Assembly: GCA_015258925.1 (NCBI GenBank)
Contig: JABZHH010000002.1
Coordinates: 7,775-71,774 of the forward strand
Source: Atopobium sp.
Lineage (GTDB): Bacteria; Actinomycetota; Coriobacteriia; Coriobacteriales; Atopobiaceae
Direction: 5' to 3'
Length of the DNA: 64,000 nt
The notes beneath the pieces were generated by a model. It had not been told where the DNA came from. It saw only the letters and a program-made list of their open reading frames with translations, and searched no databases. This document shows positions 60,113 through 64,000 of the stretch, in pieces. Numbering within the stretch: the stretch's first letter is position 1; each line of letters begins with the position of its first letter. The translations under genes and the position numbers were made by a program.

Positions 60113-61666
60113 ATGGAATTAGCAGCAGTAGGCATTGTTTGCCTTCTTGTGGGAGTAGGCCTTGCATACGGCGTACTCTCTAACATTAGTAATTCAAAGA
60201 TTAAAACTGCAGAACAGCAGTTAAAAGATGCTCAGACTAATGCAGATCGTATTGCTTCTGAAGCAGCTCGCCAGGCAGAAACAGTTAAAAAAGAAGCTGT
60301 TCTTGAGGCTAAAGAAGAAGTTCTTCAGCTCAAGCAGGCAGCAGAGGCAGATGAAAAAAAGCGTAAGAGTGAGCTTCGTAGCATGGAGAACCGTATTCTT
60401 CAGCGTGAAGAGTCCCTTGATCACCGTACTGATGCACTAGAGAAGCGTGAGCATCAGCTCTCTAGCCTTCAGGGCCAGCTTGATCGTCGTAAGAACGATT
60501 TGGATTCTCTTGTTTCTCAGCAGTCTCAAGAGCTTGAGCGTATTGCAGCTCTTACAAAAGATGAGGCTCATGATGAGCTTCTATCTCGTGTTCGTTCTGA
60601 AAGTGTTCGCGATGAGGCTATGATTCTTCGTGAGTCTGAGCAGCGAGTTCGTGCACAGGCAGATAAAACTGCACGTGAGATTATTTCTACCGCTATTCAG
60701 CGTGTCGCTGCAGATCAGGCTTCTGAGATTACAGTAACTTCCGTCCATATCCCATCTGATGATCTAAAGGGTAGGATTATTGGACGTGAGGGTAGAAACA
60801 TTCGTACCTTCGAGCAGGTATCTGGTGTTTCTCTTGTTATTGATGACACTCCAGAGACTGTAGTTCTTTCAAGTTTTGATCCAGTCCGTCGTGAGACCGC
60901 TCGTGTTGCACTTGAGAACCTCATTGCAGACGGTCGTATTCATCCAGCACGTATTGAGGAGCTCTACAAGAAGGCTGAGGCCCTTGTTAACGAGCGTGTT
61001 CTTGAGGCTGGCGAACAGGCTGCATTTGATTGTGGTATTCACGATCTTCATCCAGAGATCGTAAAGACTCTTGGTAAGCTTCGCTACCGTACTTCTTACG
61101 GTCAGAATGTTCTTGCTCACTCTGTTCAGGTTGCAGTACTTTGCGGCATTATGGCTGAAGAGCTTGGCCTTGAGCCTGCTCCAGCTAAGCGCGCTGGTCT
61201 GCTTCATGACCTTGGTAAGGCAATTGACCACGAGGTTGAGGGTCCACACGCTGTAATTGGTGCAGATCTTGCTCGTCGTCATGGTGAGCGCCCAGAGATT
61301 GTTCACGCCATTGAGGCCCACCATGCAGACATTGAGCCAAATACTGTTCTTGACATGCTTGTTATGGCTGCAGACGCTATTTCTGCTGCACGTCCTGGTG
61401 CTCGTCGTGAGTCCGCTGAGAACTACATCAAGCGCCTTGAGAAGCTTGAGGCTATCTCCAATGCACATGAGGGTGTTGAGCGTACGTATGCAATGCAGGC
61501 TGGCCGTGAGCTTCACGTAATGGTTGAGCCTCAGATGATTAGCGATTCCGAGGCAACTGTTCTTGCTCACGATATTGCTAAGCAGATTGAGGATGAGATG
61601 GAATATCCAGGACAGGTTCGCGTTGTTGTTATTCGCGAGTCTCGTGCTGTGGATGTTGCTAAGTAA
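60113..61666 (+). CDS. rny: Ribonuclease Y
   Basis: N-terminal TM, coiled coil, KH motif KGRIIGREGRNIR, HD motif LLHDLGK and ADAISAARPGAR. Confidence 0.97.
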   Translation: MELAAVGIVCLLVGVGLAYGVLSNISNSKIKTAEQQLKDAQTNADRIASEAARQAETVKKEAVLEAKEEVLQLKQAAEADEKKRKSELRSMENRILQREESLDHRTDALEKREHQLSSLQGQLDRRKNDLDSLVSQQSQELERIAALTKDEAHDELLSRVRSESVRDEAMILRESEQRVRAQADKTAREIISTAIQRVAADQASEITVTSVHIPSDDLKGRIIGREGRNIRTFEQVSGVSLVIDDTPETVVLSSFDPVRRETARVALENLIADGRIHPARIEELYKKAEALVNERVLEAGEQAAFDCGIHDLHPEIVKTLGKLRYRTSYGQNVLAHSVQVAVLCGIMAEELGLEPAPAKRAGLLHDLGKAIDHEVEGPHAVIGADLARRHGERPEIVHAIEAHHADIEPNTVLDMLVMAADAISAARPGARRESAENYIKRLEKLEAISNAHEGVERTYAMQAGRELHVMVEPQMISDSEATVLAHDIAKQIEDEMEYPGQVRVVVIRESRAVDVAK

Positions 61667-61669
61667 TTT

Positions 61670-62755
61670 ATGGCAGCCACTTCTACTGACTTAACAGGTT
61701 TTGTCGCCTCCATGGGAGGTGAGCGCGCACTCCGTGTCGAGGAATCCCTCGGCGCGGGGTACGTTCGTTTACGCGTAGCAGAAGCAGAGCGTAGACAGGC
61801 AAAGCACGATATCCGTTCGGTAGAAGATATTGTTATCGAGCTCTTACGTAATTCTCGCGATGCTGGTGCTCGTCACATTTATGTTGCAACCTCAAAAGAG
61901 GGTGCGCTCAGAACTATCACCATACTTGATGATGGTCAGGGTATTCCAAAAGACATGCAGGAGAAAATCTTTGAAGCTCGTGTAACTTCAAAGCTTGAGA
62001 GCATGCACATGGACCGTTGGGGAATTCATGGCCGAGGCATGGCTCTCTATTCCATCAAAGAAAACTGTGAATCAGCCCAGGTTGTAGCTTCTGCTCCGGG
62101 ACTTGGTTCTGTTATTCAGATTGTGGTAGACACTACTAAAATTTCCGAGCGAGTAGATCAGTCTACTTGGCCAACCTGTGGTTTGAATGAGGACGGACTC
62201 AAAACAACCGTTAAAGGTCCTCATAACATTATTCGTACCTGCTGTGACTTTGCGCTTGAGGTTAAAGGCTCGTGTGAGGTAATGCTGGGCTCTGCTGCAG
62301 AGGTTGCAGCTACTGCTCGTCGCAGAATTGCACAGACGCTTGATATCGCTGACCTGCTATTTGTTGAAGGCTTTGAGAACGTTCCTGTTCTCGAGCGCTT
62401 CAGGGCCGCAGCGGATGCAACAGAGCTTTCTGAGGTTTGTAAGTCTCTTGGTCTTTCAATGTCAGATAGAACTGCACATAGAATTATTGCTGAGCAGATT
62501 AAGCCTTTGCGTAGTGTGTATGCACAGGTCAGCCACACTGTTGAACCTGAAGGGGTTTCTCGCGAAATTGATCTGATGAAAGACCACCGAGGTCTCAAGA
62601 TGAGCAAAGCTGATATCAGCAGCTTTTCTCGAAAAATGGAGCAGAGTTTTGCTGAGTTGTCCGAGAAATACTACGTTTCTTTGACGGCTGAGCCTCGTGT
62701 TCGTGTAAGTAAAAACAAAATTGTTGTGACTTTTGATATTGAGTCGCAAGAGTAG
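61670..62755 (+). CDS. GHKL-family ATPase resembling the MutL N-terminal domain; function unknown
   Basis: IELLRNSRDAGA, DDGQGI, TSKL and HGRGMALYSI. Confidence 0.75.
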   Translation: MAATSTDLTGFVASMGGERALRVEESLGAGYVRLRVAEAERRQAKHDIRSVEDIVIELLRNSRDAGARHIYVATSKEGALRTITILDDGQGIPKDMQEKIFEARVTSKLESMHMDRWGIHGRGMALYSIKENCESAQVVASAPGLGSVIQIVVDTTKISERVDQSTWPTCGLNEDGLKTTVKGPHNIIRTCCDFALEVKGSCEVMLGSAAEVAATARRRIAQTLDIADLLFVEGFENVPVLERFRAAADATELSEVCKSLGLSMSDRTAHRIIAEQIKPLRSVYAQVSHTVEPEGVSREIDLMKDHRGLKMSKADISSFSRKMEQSFAELSEKYYVSLTAEPRVRVSKNKIVVTFDIESQE

Positions 62756-62782
62756 AACAAACGCACAATAATTGGAGCACTC

Positions 62783-63106
62783 ATGGGTTTGCTTAAAGTT
62801 TCGAGTAAGTCTTCACCAGCTTCTGTAGCAGGAGCTATTGCGGGCCTGGTTAAAGATAATGAACCTGTTATGCTCCAGTGCATTGGTGCTGGTGCAGTCA
62901 ACCAGGGCATCAAAGCTATTGCTATTGCGCGTGGCTTCTTGATTCCTTGCGGTCTGGATATCACCTGTGCTCCAACGTTTTCTGATATCGAAATTGCAGG
63001 GGAGAGTAGAACTGCAATTAAAATTGCTATTTATGTCCATACACTGTCTGCCCCTGATACGCAGACTCCAGCTGTTAGTTCCACTGAGTATAACGAGGTA
63101 CTTTAA
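62783..63106 (+). CDS. spoVS: SpoVS-family protein
   Basis: LKVSSKS.P.SVAGAIA and IGAGAVNQ.IKAIAIARGF. Confidence 0.93.
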   Translation: MGLLKVSSKSSPASVAGAIAGLVKDNEPVMLQCIGAGAVNQGIKAIAIARGFLIPCGLDITCAPTFSDIEIAGESRTAIKIAIYVHTLSAPDTQTPAVSSTEYNEVL

Positions 63107-63108
63107 GC

Positions 63109-64000
63109 ATGATTGAAAATTCCGAGCTCGTAGGAAAAACATATCACATCAAAACTTTTGGTTGCCAGATGAATCTGCACGATACAGAGCGAGTCTCTGG
63201 TCTGCTTGAGGCTTGTGGCTGCAATGAGGTTTCAGATACCGATGACGCAGATATTGTCATCTTTATGACCTGCAGTGTTCGTGAGAACGCTGATCAGCGT
63301 CTCTACGGTCAGGCTTCTGCCATGGTCAGCGCTCCAACGCCTCCATCAGGCAAGCGCGTTGTTGCTATTGGTGGCTGTATTGCGCAGCGTGATGGTGAGA
63401 AGCTCCGTGAAAAGGTTCCAGCCGTTGACGTTGTGTTTGGCACCAGCGCACTTGCAAGCTTGCCAGCACTTCTCACCAGTGCATTTAGGGGCGAGAATGA
63501 CCGTGTGGCTGTAGATACTTCTGAGGAGGGCAAGGGCTTCTCCACAGATCTGCCAAGTAACCGCGCTCAGCAGTATCACGCTTGGGTGCCTATCATGACC
63601 GGCTGCAATAATTTCTGCACGTATTGCATTGTTCCTTACGTTCGCGGTCGTGAACGCAGCCGCACCTTTGAGGCTGTTATTGGTGAGTGCGAGCGTCTTG
63701 TCGCAGATGGCGTTCGTGAGATTACCCTTCTTGGCCAAAATGTTAACTCATATGGTCGCGATCTCTACGGTAAGCCTCGTTTTGCAGAGCTTTTGCGTGC
63801 TGTGGGTCAGACGGGCGTTGAGCGAATCCGTTTCACTTCATCGAATCCAAAAGATCTTACTGATGAGACTATTGCGGCTATGAAGGAAACGCCAGCTGTA
63901 ATGCCTCATCTTCATCTTGCGGTTCAAAGTGGATCTACGCGTGTTCTTAAGAAGATGAACCGCAGCTATACACGAGAAGAGTACTTGGACGTGGTTTCTC
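63109..64000 (+). CDS. miaB: tRNA-i6A37 methylthiotransferase (3'-truncated by the window edge)
   Basis: Read manually from ATG 63109: KTFGCQMN..D.E, TCSVRENA, GCNNFCTYCIVPY.RGRERSR, LLGQNVNSY and QSGS. Confidence 0.93.
   Translation, partial: MIENSELVGKTYHIKTFGCQMNLHDTERVSGLLEACGCNEVSDTDDADIVIFMTCSVRENADQRLYGQASAMVSAPTPPSGKRVVAIGGCIAQRDGEKLREKVPAVDVVFGTSALASLPALLTSAFRGENDRVAVDTSEEGKGFSTDLPSNRAQQYHAWVPIMTGCNNFCTYCIVPYVRGRERSRTFEAVIGECERLVADGVREITLLGQNVNSYGRDLYGKPRFAELLRAVGQTGVERIRFTSSNPKDLTDETIAAMKETPAVMPHLHLAVQSGSTRVLKKMNRSYTREEYLDVVS

Noticed and set aside
41281..64000. Three radical-SAM methylthiotransferases as a novel cluster
   Set aside because: They correspond to MtaB, RimO and MiaB in their usual neighbourhoods.

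Overview
A 64-kb core-chromosome window, almost all on the + strand. Gene content (actinobacterial IHF together with RNase Y, RNase J, SpoVS and ComEA/ComEC) and moderate GC point to a Coriobacteriia member, probably Atopobiaceae/Lancefieldella-like; this assignment is inferred. Gene order: nusA end-infB-rbfA-DHH phosphoesterase-truB-ribF-dnaG-rpoD; tRNA-Asn; a galactose block (mglBAC, galT/galK/galM on the - strand, LacI regulator); an orphan Wzt-like ATPase; pyrR-B-C-K-D-F-mihF-gmk-rpoZ-thiI; comEA-comEC-holA; rpsT; lepA-dusB-hemW-two dnaJ-mtaB-phoH-ybeY-dgkA-era-recO; rpsO-pnp-rnj-ftsK-rodZ-like-yajQ-rimO-pgsA-cinA; recA-recX-rny-GHKL ATPase-spoVS-miaB (truncated). I found no integrase, transposase or CRISPR array. 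The four most notable unexplained signals: (1) a dispersed motif (T)GGCGAGAA(A), with 23 copies of the 8-mer found by eye in both orientations, including an inverted pair forming an intergenic hairpin, which behaves like a DNA-uptake or chromosome-organising sequence; (2) a 3+3 mirror array of a 24-bp repeat between mglC and galT; (3) a promoter-linked structured RNA with alternative folds upstream of rny; (4) a stand-alone MutL-like GHKL ATPase in the rny-spoVS-miaB operon.
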